Assembly (NCBI GenBank): GCA_017609085.1
Contig: JAFCEO010000002.1
Location: 1 to 57,539 of the forward strand
Source of the DNA: Candidatus Pacearchaeota archaeon
GTDB taxonomy: Archaea; Nanobdellota; Nanobdellia; Pacearchaeales; GW2011-AR1
Length of the DNA stretch: 57,539 bases
Reading direction: 5' to 3'
The notes under the pieces were generated by a model. It searched no databases. It was not told the origin of the DNA and worked only from the letters and a program-made list of their open reading frames with translations. Positions 42,537-53,104 of this stretch are shown here, in pieces; position 1 is the stretch's first letter; each line of letters starts with the position of its first letter. The position numbers and the translations under genes are program-made.

Positions 42537-43106
42537 ATGAAAGTGATTGAATTTGCAGGAATGCCTAAAGCTGGAAAAACTACCGCTATAAATATTGCTG
42601 AAAGTTATTTGAAAAAACAAAAGAAAAATGTAAGAATAATTTATGAAGGAGCAAGAATTTCTCCTCTTAGTAAGGAAGATAGATTCATGTATAATGCGTG
42701 GAGTTTTCATAATACTGCGAACAGAATTTTAGAAGCAAGGTTGAATAAATATGATTTTATTTTAATTGATAGGGGAGTTCTTGATCACTTTGCTTTTTCC
42801 AGAGCAATAGAACATTTATGTCCTGACTACAATATAGACGCTGCTCTAGATTATTATTCGATGTTCGCTAATCTGGAAGACTATGTTTTTTTGTATATGT
42901 TAAGACCAGAAGAAGCTATAAGAAGAGAGAAAAAACATAATCCTTTTCTTGGAAGTGTCTTTAATATAGATTTTTTAAAAAAATTATATAGTTCTTATCA
43001 ATCTCTTTATGAATCAGTAAGGATACAAAAAGAAATGGTCTTATTTGATGGTAGTAAGCCTTTAGATAAAAATACGAAGAGACTTATCGAAATACTGAAA
43101 TCTTAA
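42537..43106 (+). CDS. Thymidylate/nucleotide kinase-like P-loop protein
   Basis: IEFAGMPKAGKTT P-loop, ILIDR, L...Y..LY, D.S.P. Confidence 0.75.
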   Translation: MKVIEFAGMPKAGKTTAINIAESYLKKQKKNVRIIYEGARISPLSKEDRFMYNAWSFHNTANRILEARLNKYDFILIDRGVLDHFAFSRAIEHLCPDYNIDAALDYYSMFANLEDYVFLYMLRPEEAIRREKKHNPFLGSVFNIDFLKKLYSSYQSLYESVRIQKEMVLFDGSKPLDKNTKRLIEILKS

Positions 43107-43732
43107 ATCTCAATTATTTTTCCTTTTCTTCCTACATTAATTACCCTAGTTTTTCCTATTTTTTCTTCAACACCTTCTAGTTCGTGAATATGGCCGGAAA
43201 TAAATAAATCAGGTTGAAATTTTTCAATAGCTTTTCTTATTCCTTTACTTCCTGGAAAACCAGATAATTCTGATTTTGTCCCAGCCGCATGTATGTGGGT
43301 TACCATAATTTTCTTTTCCAAATTTTTAACTTTTTCAAAACTTTTTTTCAATTTCTTAAAAATTTGATTATCATCGACTGTTAAAGTTCCCGGATTTCCT
43401 GCTCCAAAAATACCGACATTCTTATATTTCACATAATAATTATCAAGATTTTTTATTCCGTAAAGTTTGGATAAAACAGTGGCTGTTTCTTGATCGTCCC
43501 AATTTCCTGGAACAAAAACAACCTTTTCGTTTCTATCTGTGAAAGGCTTAATTAGATTCTTTGTTTCAATAAGACCAGTTATATCTCCTGTAAGAATAAC
43601 AAGGTCCACTTTTTCTTTTTCAGCTTTTTCAGCTAATTTTTTTGATAATTTGACATCTCCATGGAGATCGCCGGCTGCTAAAATTTTCAATTTACGTTTT
43701 TCTTTAGATTTGGTTTGTTTTTTATTTACCAT
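43103..43732 (-). CDS. Metallophosphoesterase
   Basis: DLHG, GD, GNWD, TH, GHIHE motifs. Confidence 0.9.
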   Translation of the reverse strand: MVNKKQTKSKEKRKLKILAAGDLHGDVKLSKKLAEKAEKEKVDLVILTGDITGLIETKNLIKPFTDRNEKVVFVPGNWDDQETATVLSKLYGIKNLDNYYVKYKNVGIFGAGNPGTLTVDDNQIFKKLKKSFEKVKNLEKKIMVTHIHAAGTKSELSGFPGSKGIRKAIEKFQPDLFISGHIHELEGVEEKIGKTRVINVGRKGKIIEI

Positions 43733-43774
43733 ATTATAGAAAATATATATGGCTTTTTATATTTATTATTTCTC

Positions 43775-45082
43775 CTAAATTGGAAAATTGCCCTTAAAGA
43801 ATAAACTTTTCTTATTTATTTTTTTAACTGGAGGTTTTATTTCTTTAAAGCCCGTATATTTCCATAACACTTCAGGAATTTTTATGATTCCATTCTTTTT
43901 AATATTGTTCTCGATAAGGCAGGTTAACATCCTTTCTGTAGCTATTGCAGTATTATTTAAAGTATGAACGAATCTCAATTCAGATTTATCTTGATATCTT
44001 GTATTGCTTCTTCTTGCTTGGTAATCTAGACAATTTGAACAAGAGCCAAGTTCTCTGTAACAATTTTGACTTGGGAACCATCCCTCTAAATCTATTGTTT
44101 TTGCAGATACTCTACTTATATCTTGTGACGCTAATACCGCTACTTGAAACGGTATTCCAAGTAGTTTAAACATTTCTACACTATTATTCAAAATTAACTG
44201 AAATTCTTTCCAAGATTCTTCAGGTTTACAAAAAATAAATTGTTCTACTTTCTCAAATTGATGAACTCTAAAAATACCTTTTGTGTCTTTTCCATGAGCT
44301 CCTGCTTCTTTCCTAAAACATGGAGAAATACCTACAAGTCTTATTGGAAGTTCCCTTTCTTGAATTACTTCATTAAAAAAAAGCGCATTTAAAGAGTGTT
44401 CAGCTGTCCCTATTAAATATAAATCCTCTCCATCTATTTTGTAAATTGCATCTTTAAAAGCATCTAAAGTTAATGCTCCCTCCAATATTTTTTTTCTCAA
44501 CATATACGGAGGCTGTATAGGTTGAAACCCTCTTTTGATAAGAAAATCTAAAGCAAAATCTATGAGAGCATGATTTAACTTAACTAACTCATTTTTTAAA
44601 TAATAAAATCTTGCTCCTGCAACCTCTGAAGCTTTTTTTGTATCTATAAGACAATACTTTTCCATTATCTCGGCGTGTCCTTCTTTTCCTTTTTTTGGAG
44701 TGCCGTATTTTTTAATAACTTTCTTTTTTGATTCATCTCCAATAGGAACTGACTCATCAATTAAATTTGGTATGCTTTTTAGAACCTCTAATCTTTGATT
44801 ATTTATTTTTTCGCATTCTTTTTCTTTCTTTTCTATTTCTTTTGGAATAATTTTTGCTTTTTTTATTAACAGACTAATATCTTTTTTTTGTTTTTTTGCT
44901 TCGTTTATTTCCCGACTTATTTTATTTCTCTTCGACCTTAAAAAATCTATTTGTTGTTTTAACTTGCGCCATTTTTCGTCAAGTTTTAGAAAAATATCTA
45001 TTTCTTTCTCGTCGTATCCTCTTTTTTTCTGATTTTCTTTTATAAGGTCCGGATTTTCCCTTATAAGTTTTACATCTAACAT
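43775..45082 (-). CDS. serS: Serine--tRNA ligase
   Basis: MLD.K.IREN coiled coil, GTAE, FRKEAG, FRVHQFEKVE, HTLN.TA. Confidence 0.96.
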   Translation of the reverse strand: MLDVKLIRENPDLIKENQKKRGYDEKEIDIFLKLDEKWRKLKQQIDFLRSKRNKISREINEAKKQKKDISLLIKKAKIIPKEIEKKEKECEKINNQRLEVLKSIPNLIDESVPIGDESKKKVIKKYGTPKKGKEGHAEIMEKYCLIDTKKASEVAGARFYYLKNELVKLNHALIDFALDFLIKRGFQPIQPPYMLRKKILEGALTLDAFKDAIYKIDGEDLYLIGTAEHSLNALFFNEVIQERELPIRLVGISPCFRKEAGAHGKDTKGIFRVHQFEKVEQFIFCKPEESWKEFQLILNNSVEMFKLLGIPFQVAVLASQDISRVSAKTIDLEGWFPSQNCYRELGSCSNCLDYQARRSNTRYQDKSELRFVHTLNNTAIATERMLTCLIENNIKKNGIIKIPEVLWKYTGFKEIKPPVKKINKKSLFFKGNFPI

Positions 45083-45185
45083 TAATTTTTAAAAAAAGAG
45101 AATTATTTAAATTTTGCTGATTCTACGCGTTAATTTTAAAAAAATAAGTTAACAGTATCTTATTCTACTTTTGTTTTTATGAAAA

Positions 45186-46361
45186 TTAATATGTTCCAAC
45201 TTTCCCGTTAATGATTAAAGAAGTTACTTCTTTTATTTTATCAAACCACCTTTCTGCGATGGAAGTTATTTTTTTTCTTTCTGTAAAGTTTATGTCATAA
45301 GGTGTCTGAATGCTGCATAAAAGAGGCTTATCTAAAGGATTTCCAATTCTGCTCAAAATTTTAACATATACTTCTTTGACAGAAGTTTTCTTAACAATTT
45401 CACTTGCTATTATATTGGCTAAAACATTATAGATTTTTCCAACATGTCTTGTAGGATTTTTTCCTGCAGCTGCTTCTAAAGACATGGGTCTGCAAAGAGT
45501 TATAAGTCCATTAACTCTGTTCCCCCTTCCAACCTGTCCATCATCCCCCATCTCTGCACTTAAACCAGTAACTGTTAGGTATATATCTTCTACACTTTTT
45601 GCTTCGTCTCTTTTTTTGTCAAGGGCATTTATTGTTACGTCTTCTATCCCTGTCTTCTTTATAATTTCTTCCTTAACTTTCTCCTTTATTTTGTAATACT
45701 CGTCTATATTTTTAATGTATTTGTCGATAAAAGCAATACTTATCGTAAGCTTTAATTTCCGCCCCACTCTTAATGCCATAACTTTAATGTCTTCTCCAAC
45801 AGCAGGATATTTTTTAATAAATTCTTTTGAATTTAACATTTTCCCAACCCCAAGAACAATTTTTTCAGTTTTTGAAAAAGGAGCATAGCCAACACCAAAA
45901 CTGGTATCATTCGCTAATGGAATTTCTCCGCGAAATACCTCTTTTAAATTTCCGGCTCCTTCTTTTATTTCTGCGATAATTTCATAATCTTCTTCCTTTA
46001 ATGCATGAAACTGGCTAAGATAAGATTTTGCAACTTTCTCTGCTATTTTTTTAACATTTATTTTTTTATTTCCTGCTTGAGAAGTAGCTCTTCCGGAAAT
46101 TATTATTTTTATTTTTTTAGTTACTTTTCCTCCTCCAAATTTTGGCTTGCTTTCTCCCGCCACAAGCAAAGCCTTATCTATATTATGATGCAAAACTCTT
46201 CCAAATCTCTTTTTATACTCAAGACTCAGTTCCCTAGAAACAGCCTCACAAATAGCATCGCAGATAGTATCCGGATGGCCTGAACATTTCCTTTCTATTA
46301 TTTCTACCTCTTGTTTTTCTATAGGCAATAAGTTTATTTTTTCTAGTACTATATTTCTCAT
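45186..46361 (-). CDS. mat: Methionine adenosyltransferase (archaeal type)
   Basis: ERK..GHPD, ANDTS.GVG, GEDIKVM, GDDG.VGRGNR, EAAAGKNP..HVGK. Confidence 0.95.
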   Translation of the reverse strand: MRNIVLEKINLLPIEKQEVEIIERKCSGHPDTICDAICEAVSRELSLEYKKRFGRVLHHNIDKALLVAGESKPKFGGGKVTKKIKIIISGRATSQAGNKKINVKKIAEKVAKSYLSQFHALKEEDYEIIAEIKEGAGNLKEVFRGEIPLANDTSFGVGYAPFSKTEKIVLGVGKMLNSKEFIKKYPAVGEDIKVMALRVGRKLKLTISIAFIDKYIKNIDEYYKIKEKVKEEIIKKTGIEDVTINALDKKRDEAKSVEDIYLTVTGLSAEMGDDGQVGRGNRVNGLITLCRPMSLEAAAGKNPTRHVGKIYNVLANIIASEIVKKTSVKEVYVKILSRIGNPLDKPLLCSIQTPYDINFTERKKITSIAERWFDKIKEVTSLIINGKVGTY

Positions 46362-46454
46362 TTTACTTAATCTGAAAAAGCATTTCTAAAATTTTTAAAT
46401 AAAAGAGGATTTAGGTTTAAAAAGATTTATTAATCATAAAGTATATATTATACT

Positions 46455-47162
46455 ATGCTTCCAAAAATAATAGATTATGCTCCTTCTAAAATGGAGGAGA
46501 TGTTAAAAAGTGTTTATAATTATAATTCTTCCTTCTCTTATGAAAAATTAGAAAAAATATTGTTTGCAATGTCTGTTATAGATAGAAAATTTTTTTATGA
46601 GGAAAAAGAAGCTTATTATGATACTGCCTTACCAATTGGAAGTGGTCAAACAATATCTCAGCCAAGTACTGTAGCAAGAATGTTATTGTTAGCAGATTTA
46701 CAAGAAAATGAGGATGTCTTGGAAGTTGGAGCAGGTTCTGGATGGAATGCTTGTCTTATTGCATTTTTAGTTTATCCTGGAACTGTTTTAAGTGTAGATA
46801 GAATTAGAAGTTTAATAGAAAAAGCAGAGAAAAATGTAGCTAACTTAAAAAATCATCTAGAACAGACGCGACCACAAGATGTAGAAAAAATTAAAATAAG
46901 ATTCCTTGCCGAAAATATTTTTGATAAAAAAAGATGTTGGAAAAAGAGATATGATAAAATTATAATCACTGCAGGAATATCCAACAAAAAAACTGAGAAA
47001 AAAATAGAAGAGTTGGCGAAAAGTTTATTAAAGAAAAACGGCGTATTGATATGTCCTTACACATCAGGACCTTTAATAATTTACAGAAAAAAAGACCAAC
47101 TCAAAAGAGAGGAAACAAAAGAGCATTATATTTTTGTCCCTTTATTGGAAGGTACAGAATGA
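46455..47162 (+). CDS. pcm: Protein-L-isoaspartate O-methyltransferase
   Basis: AY.D..LPIG.GQTISQP, VLEVGAGSG, YD.I.ITAG, FVPL. Confidence 0.9.
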   Translation: MLPKIIDYAPSKMEEMLKSVYNYNSSFSYEKLEKILFAMSVIDRKFFYEEKEAYYDTALPIGSGQTISQPSTVARMLLLADLQENEDVLEVGAGSGWNACLIAFLVYPGTVLSVDRIRSLIEKAEKNVANLKNHLEQTRPQDVEKIKIRFLAENIFDKKRCWKKRYDKIIITAGISNKKTEKKIEELAKSLLKKNGVLICPYTSGPLIIYRKKDQLKREETKEHYIFVPLLEGTE

Positions 47163-47731
47163 ATGAAAGAGAAAGAAAAGAGGGGAGGTTATGGCCTTTT
47201 GCAACTGCAATAATTTTTTTAATTCTATTAGTTGGAGGATTATTTCTCTATTTTGCTACAGCTTCACCTTCAAAACCTAAAAACACTATTGAAAATCCAA
47301 TTTCTCAAAACGTGTCTTATAAAGAAGCAGTTTTGGGGTTTAGTGAAGAGTATATAGATTATCTCGTTTTCTCTATTGGAGGATGGAAATTGCACAATCC
47401 TCCTGCATCAAGCGAAACTCCAAAAATAAAAGTAATTGTTGATTCTGACGTATATGTATCTGAGATTATTAATGGAGAAATAAAAACAAAAAGAAAAGAG
47501 ATAAATAATGAAGATATAACCATCAGAACAACAAGAGAGGAAATAGTTAATGCAATTTTATCTTCAGACATGGGGAATTATATAAAACAATCTGTTCAAG
47601 AAGGAAAAACTGTCTTAGAATTAAAGGCAGACTATACAACCCTGTTTTCTAAAGGCTATCTTAACATTTATAAAGAGTTGACTGGCAAACCATTTACAGG
47701 AAGCGTAATCGAGATTTTTAAACAAAAATAA
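47159..47731 (+). CDS. Membrane-anchored hypothetical protein
   Basis: ATG at 47159 overlaps the pcm stop; N-terminal TM helix. Confidence 0.7.
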   Translation: MNERERKEGRLWPFATAIIFLILLVGGLFLYFATASPSKPKNTIENPISQNVSYKEAVLGFSEEYIDYLVFSIGGWKLHNPPASSETPKIKVIVDSDVYVSEIINGEIKTKRKEINNEDITIRTTREEIVNAILSSDMGNYIKQSVQEGKTVLELKADYTTLFSKGYLNIYKELTGKPFTGSVIEIFKQK

Positions 47732-47939
47732 AAGAAACATAAATTTCTACAGATGAAATAAGTTTGAAAGATTCACTACCAATTGATTAAAATTTTCGAT
47801 AGAAAAATTTATAAAGCATTATTATCGTGTAATATATAGTTTGTATTAGTATATTACAATTATTATAATTTTCAATATACATAACTGACTAAGGGAAAAG
47901 AAAAATTGAATTAGGTTTAAGAATTCAGTTAGAGTTAAA

Positions 47940-48206
47940 ATGAAAGACAATTTCGACATATTTTTTAGAAGAAAACCCTCTCTCATGCTGGTTGCTCTGA
48001 AAAAATTAAGTAAAGCCAGATATGGTTCTATTCTAGCCAAAGAAGTTGATTGCACATATAGTCATGCTGTAAAAATTTTACAAACTTTAGAAAAACTTGG
48101 CTTAGTAACTTTCGAGAAAAAAGGCCGTATTAAACTTATAAAATTGACAAAAAAAGGACAGGATATTGCCGACAATATTGATGCTATTAAAAGACAATTA
48201 GGTTAA
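47940..48206 (+). CDS. Winged-helix DNA-binding protein
   Basis: LAKEVDCTYSH..KIL..LE..GLV..EK.GR.K...LT.KG. Confidence 0.85.
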   Translation: MKDNFDIFFRRKPSLMLVALKKLSKARYGSILAKEVDCTYSHAVKILQTLEKLGLVTFEKKGRIKLIKLTKKGQDIADNIDAIKRQLG

Positions 48207-48224
48207 AATAAAAAAGAAATTTTA

Positions 48225-48893
48225 TCATCTGCTTCTCTTCACACCGATTCTAGGACAATAACTATTAATTGGACACTTTGTGCATAAAGGAGAGAAACTT
48301 TGGCAGAATTCTTTTCCGTGAAGAACAAACAGACCATTGATTTCTTTCCAATATTTTTTTGGGAGGATTTTTTCAAGTTCTTTTTCTGTTTGTTCAGGAG
48401 TTTTTGTCATAACCCATCCGAGTCTATTAGAAACAACATGCACATGAACGTCTACGGGCAATACACATTTATCATAAGCAAAACATAAAACAATATTCGC
48501 TGTTTTTGGCCCGATTCCTTTTATTGATAGGAGTTCCTCCTTATTACTGGGAACTTTCCCTCCAAATCTCTCCAATATTTCTTTAGAAACATGTTTTAGA
48601 GTTCTTGCCTTTTTTTTATAATGTCCAGAACTATAAATTAATTTTTCAAGTTTTTTAATATTCATATTTGCGATTTCAGAAGGAGTAGAAGCGACTTTAA
48701 ACAACTTTTTGCTTACACTTTCTGTATTTGCATCTTTTGTTCGTAAGGAAAGAAGACAAGAAATAAGGATTTTATAAGGATTTGGTTTTTTCCTCATCCT
48801 ATTTAAAGTAGTTCTTCGAGTATAATGAAAATGTTTTGAGAGGATTTTTATTATTTTATCAATGTTTCTTCTTTTTACTATTTCTTTTTCCAT
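48225..48893 (-). CDS. nth: Endonuclease III
   Basis: HhH (I.GIGPKTA), VDVHV, C-X6-C-X2-C-X5-C Fe-S motif. Confidence 0.95.
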   Translation of the reverse strand: MEKEIVKRRNIDKIIKILSKHFHYTRRTTLNRMRKKPNPYKILISCLLSLRTKDANTESVSKKLFKVASTPSEIANMNIKKLEKLIYSSGHYKKKARTLKHVSKEILERFGGKVPSNKEELLSIKGIGPKTANIVLCFAYDKCVLPVDVHVHVVSNRLGWVMTKTPEQTEKELEKILPKKYWKEINGLFVLHGKEFCQSFSPLCTKCPINSYCPRIGVKRSR

Positions 48894-49233
48894 CTTTAAA
48901 ATAACTTGACAAACCTTCGATATGGCTTATTTTTTCTTTTAACAAGAATCCACGTAAAGTATTATCTAATTTAACTCCTGCCTCCAAAAGTTTTGATTTT
49001 AACAAAAAATAAAGTTGTTTTCCTTTTTTATCAAAATCTGTTAAGATACAAACTTTATCTTTTCCTGCTATTTTAAAAATTTGCTCTATTTTTTCTCCGA
49101 GAGATTTTCCAGTTTCGTGTATCACAAAAATCTTCGAAAATCCGAATTTTTGTAAAGCAAATTTATCTTTCTTGCCTTCTACTATAATCAAATGGTCTTT
49201 GGCTTTTTCAATTTGTCTCAAAAGCTCGTTCAT
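48859..49233 (-). CDS. Small TOPRIM-domain protein
   Basis: IIVEGKKD and LTDFD..G motifs. Confidence 0.88.
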   Translation of the reverse strand: MNELLRQIEKAKDHLIIVEGKKDKFALQKFGFSKIFVIHETGKSLGEKIEQIFKIAGKDKVCILTDFDKKGKQLYFLLKSKLLEAGVKLDNTLRGFLLKEKISHIEGLSSYFKDGKRNSKKKKH

Positions 49234-49265
49234 CTTTTATATTACAATTATCCAAATCTTCAAAA

Positions 49266-49352
49266 TGGATCCGGAGGGATTTGAACCCTCGACACCCAGG
49301 TTAAGAGCTTCACCACGATTCTGGTGCTCTAACCAGACTGAGCTACGGATCC
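49266..49352 (-). tRNA. tRNA-Lys(CTT) with non-canonical 30/31 intron (49309-49320)
   Basis: Removing AATCGTGGTGAA gives CCAGG-CT-CTT-AA-CCTGG; CACC/GGTG central helix. Confidence 0.9.
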
Positions 49353-49465
49353 TTTAAATTAGCAGGAAGAATGAATTTAAAAAATTAATTATCTAAAAAT
49401 TCTTTTTAATGATTCTTCTTTTTTCTTCGGAACAAAAATAATGAAAAATATATTTTTAATTTAAA

Positions 49466-49774
49466 TTACCTATACTCTCTCCAAGTATGTTTGCATTTTG
49501 TACATTTGAAAAACCTTGTTTCAGCTTCATCCCCGGCTCTTGTTTGAGCTGTCCAGAAATAAGCTTCTCTATGTCCACATTTGGGACAAACGGCATTTGT
49601 AATAGGGAAAACGTCAGTATCTTTATCTCTAATAACTCCCACCTCTTGTTTTTCCTGTAATTTTTCTGTCGCTTCTATTTTGACTTTATTTTTAGCAGCA
49701 TAACCACATCTCACACAACCAAAATTTTTTCTTTTTTCTATAAAAACAGAACCGCACTTCGGACAAAATTCCAT
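49466..49774 (-). CDS. tfs: Transcription factor S (TFS/RpoM-like)
   Basis: FCPKCG, CPKCG, QTRAGDE, F.KC.KC...WREY. Confidence 0.94.
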   Translation of the reverse strand: MEFCPKCGSVFIEKRKNFGCVRCGYAAKNKVKIEATEKLQEKQEVGVIRDKDTDVFPITNAVCPKCGHREAYFWTAQTRAGDEAETRFFKCTKCKHTWREYR

Positions 49775-49890
49775 TAATGCTCTTATTAAAAAGGATTTAT
49801 AAAACTTTCGTTAATTCGAAACACCCCATTGTCCATTCATTTAGGCAGATTTAGATAGATTTAAAAAATAATATCTGCTTGTTTTAACAT

Positions 49891-49972
49891 GGGACTCTAG
49901 CTCAGTGGGAGAGCACATGGCTGAAGTTTAAATAGAAACCATGACGGCGGGGTTCGATTCCCCGGAGTCCCA
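49891..49972 (+). tRNA. tRNA-Phe(GAA) with 37/38 intron (49927-49937)
   Basis: GGGACTC/GAGTCCC acceptor; CATGG-CT-GAA-G^A-CCATG after removing 11 nt. Confidence 0.9.
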
Positions 49973-50027
49973 TTTGAAAAGATTTATAAATTAGGAATTA
50001 TTAAAGGTAACATAACAAAAGAGGAAA

Positions 50028-50789
50028 ATGTGTTTGGAAAAGTTTTGTGAGAAAGTGAGAAATTTTCATAAGACCGAAATAAATTGTTTGTTACATATAA
50101 TCGCTATTATTGTGTTTGTTTATGCTTTATGGATCCATAGCATAGAATTGATTTTAGTAGCGATTTTAATTGCGATTATTGGACATATAACCCAAGAAGT
50201 TAAATTTAAACTGGATAAAAGAATTAAAAATTCGAAAAGAAGAAAGAAAGGAGCTCTGGAGTTGTCGATTGGAACTATTGTCGTAATTGTTATAGCAATA
50301 ACAATGCTTATTTTAGGGATAGTTTTTGTTAGAAGTGTTATGTGTGGCGCTATGGGTTTAACTGGGGAATTAAATAGTAAGGTCAAAGGAGAAATAAATA
50401 AGCTTTTTGGTTCAACAGGAGGAGAAGTACAATGTCTGGGACAAAGTAGTGAACCTGTTAAAATAATTCCAGGAAAAACAAGTAATATTTGGTGTGGAAT
50501 TAAAGCTCCTCAAACTGCCAAATACTCTATAACCCTGGTAGATTATAATGGAATTTATTCTTCTAAAAGTGAAATTAAAAAATGGATCACAATAGATTCT
50601 TGGACAGGGACAGTAGCTCCTGGAGATGATGTTCCAAAAAAAGTCATAATGTTAAACGTTCCCGAGAATGCTCCAGAGGATACAATAAGATTAAAAATTG
50701 TAATTAAGAAAGAAGGAACAATAATCGCAGAAAGGGATTTAGATTTTAAAATAAGTAGAAGCGGTTTCTTTAGAGCGGCTATGTGTTAA
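50028..50789 (+). CDS. Membrane protein with internal class III (pilin-like) signal peptide
   Basis: N-terminal H...N..LH TM hairpin, then RRKKG^ALELS plus hydrophobic helix and a beta-rich domain. Confidence 0.7.
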   Translation: MCLEKFCEKVRNFHKTEINCLLHIIAIIVFVYALWIHSIELILVAILIAIIGHITQEVKFKLDKRIKNSKRRKKGALELSIGTIVVIVIAITMLILGIVFVRSVMCGAMGLTGELNSKVKGEINKLFGSTGGEVQCLGQSSEPVKIIPGKTSNIWCGIKAPQTAKYSITLVDYNGIYSSKSEIKKWITIDSWTGTVAPGDDVPKKVIMLNVPENAPEDTIRLKIVIKKEGTIIAERDLDFKISRSGFFRAAMC

Positions 50790-50905
50790 GCATGCAATAA
50801 AAATTCTTTAAAATTAAAAGAATTCGTTATAATTCAGTAATTCTTGAGAATTCATATATTTTTTTCAAACATTATATCCTTTTCAATAAAAATTTAGAAG
50901 AACAA

Positions 50906-51481
50906 TTAGTAAGTTTCGCACTTCACCTGATAAAAACTTCTCTCATGGTCGCAGGAAGGGCATTTTTCTGGCGGCTCTTTTCCTTTATGCACATAACCAC
51001 ATTCTCTACATACCCACTCAACTTCTTTGTCTTTTTTAAAAACTGTTTTTCCTTCAATTTCTTTTAAAAGAGTCTTATATCTTTCTTCATGATGTTGCTC
51101 GGCGACGGCGATAGCCCTTAACCTTGTGGCAATTCTTGAAAATCCTTCTTTTTCTGCTATATCTGCAAACTCGAGATACATCTTTGTATACTCATAATTT
51201 TCCCCTGCAATAGCGGCTTTCAAATTTTCTTCTGTTGTTCCATAAACTGTTGGACAAGCTACTTCAACATTAATCTCATCAACTCCTTCTTTTTCTTTCA
51301 ATTCTTGTATATGCTCAAATAATCTTTTTGCATGCTCTTTTTCATTATCTGCAGTAATTAAAAAAATCTCGCTTATCTGTTCATAACCCTCTTTTTTTGC
51401 AATCTTGGCATAAAATGTATATCTATTTCTTGCTTGACTCTCTCCTATAAATGCTTTAACTAAATTTTTTATTGTTTCCAT
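50906..51481 (-). CDS. rbr: Rubrerythrin
   Basis: [28 protein letters not shown]...CPSC. Confidence 0.95.
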   Translation of the reverse strand: METIKNLVKAFIGESQARNRYTFYAKIAKKEGYEQISEIFLITADNEKEHAKRLFEHIQELKEKEGVDEINVEVACPTVYGTTEENLKAAIAGENYEYTKMYLEFADIAEKEGFSRIATRLRAIAVAEQHHEERYKTLLKEIEGKTVFKKDKEVEWVCRECGYVHKGKEPPEKCPSCDHERSFYQVKCETY

Positions 51482-51673
51482 TTCAAATTAAAATTTAATA
51501 AATTGTATACTTAAAAACACTATTTACACTTCTTCATCAAACTTTCAATCTAATAAAACAATTAAAATTGTTTAACTGAAAATCTCGCCCTTTCCTGCAA
51601 TTAGAAAATAGAAATGAAAATTTAAATAGTTTTTGGTGGGAAGATTTTTATATTCTAAATTACAAGTTTAATC

Positions 51674-53038
51674 ATGTTAAAACTCTACAATACTTTAACA
51701 CGAAAAAAAGAGGTATTTAAGCCTCTAAAAGACAAGCAAGTTGGCATGTATACATGCGGGCCTACAGTATATTGGTATCAGCATATCGGCAACTTACGTA
51801 GTTATATCTTTGCTGATATCTTAAAAAGAGTTTTAATTTATAACGGATATAAAGTGAAACATGTAATGAATGTAACAGATGTTGGACATCTAACTTCAGA
51901 TGCGGATACAGGAGAAGACAAAATAGAAAAAGCTGCTAAAAAAGAAAAGAAAAGTGCTTGGCAAATAGCTGAATTTTACTGGAAAATTTTTAAAGAAGAC
52001 TTTAAAAAACTAAACATCATAGAGCCAGATATTTGGTGTAAAGCGACAGAGCATATAAGAGAACAAATAGAATTGATTAAAAAATTAGAGAAAAAAGGAT
52101 ACACTTACAAAACTTCTGACGGAATTTATTTTGATACGAGTAAGGTAAAAGATTATGGCAAGTTAGCAAAATTACGTATTAAAGATTTAAAAGCAGGCGC
52201 AAGAGTAAAAATAGGAGAGAAAAAACACAAAACAGATTTCGCATTGTGGAAATTTTCTAAACCTCCAGGCAAGAGACAACAAGAATGGGATAGCCCCTGG
52301 GGAATCGGCTTCCCCGGATGGCATATTGAATGCTCTGCAATGTCAATGAAATATCTTGGAGAACATTTTGATATACATACTGGAGGAGTAGATCATATTC
52401 CTGTTCATCATACTAATGAAATAGCCCAAAGCGAAGCAGCAACAGGAAAAAAATTTGTTAACTATTGGGTCCATGGAGCTTTCTTAACATTTAAAGGGGA
52501 AAAGATAAGTAAAAGTAAAGGCGGATTCTGCACAATTTCAGAACTTGAAGAAAAAAATTTCGAACCTCTTGCATATAGATATTTCTGTCTAACTGCGCAT
52601 TATAGAAGCCAGTTAGAGTTTAGTTTTGAAAATCTAAAAAATGCACAAAATGCCTACAGAAGACTAAAAAATATTATATCAGATATTAAAGATGATAAGA
52701 AGATAAATAGAAAGTATCTAACAGAATTTGAACAAGCCATCAATAATGACTTAGATATGCCTTCTGCTTTAGCTGTTTTATGGCGGCTTGTAAGAGACAA
52801 GGAAGCCAAAGGAAAAATTCAAACTATAAAAAAGATGGAAGAAGTTTTTGATTTAAATTTATTAAAAAAAGAAAAAATTAAAATTCCTAAAGAGATTCTT
52901 GAGCTTGTTAAAAAAAGGGAAGAAGCCAGAAAAGAAACTAATTTTGAATTGTCTGATAAATTAAGAGAAGAATTAAGGAAAAAAGGATGGCAAGTGGAAG
53001 ATACAAAATCAGGAAGTAAAGTGAAAAAGATTAATTAG
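51674..53038 (+). CDS. cysS: Cysteine--tRNA ligase
   Basis: CGPTVY...[31 protein letters not shown]. Confidence 0.96.
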   Translation: MLKLYNTLTRKKEVFKPLKDKQVGMYTCGPTVYWYQHIGNLRSYIFADILKRVLIYNGYKVKHVMNVTDVGHLTSDADTGEDKIEKAAKKEKKSAWQIAEFYWKIFKEDFKKLNIIEPDIWCKATEHIREQIELIKKLEKKGYTYKTSDGIYFDTSKVKDYGKLAKLRIKDLKAGARVKIGEKKHKTDFALWKFSKPPGKRQQEWDSPWGIGFPGWHIECSAMSMKYLGEHFDIHTGGVDHIPVHHTNEIAQSEAATGKKFVNYWVHGAFLTFKGEKISKSKGGFCTISELEEKNFEPLAYRYFCLTAHYRSQLEFSFENLKNAQNAYRRLKNIISDIKDDKKINRKYLTEFEQAINNDLDMPSALAVLWRLVRDKEAKGKIQTIKKMEEVFDLNLLKKEKIKIPKEILELVKKREEARKETNFELSDKLREELRKKGWQVEDTKSGSKVKKIN

Positions 53039-53104
53039 TCCAAAATAGGTAAAGACTCTTGCTCAATTTAACTTTATAAATGTTTTTAAAGATTGAAAAC
53101 TTGA

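Noticed and set aside
5863-50386. Many Phe/Leu/Ser-rich antisense ORFs (e.g. 5863-6240, 36160-36705, 39201-39860)
   Set aside because: Shadows of Lys/Glu-rich genes on the opposite strand.
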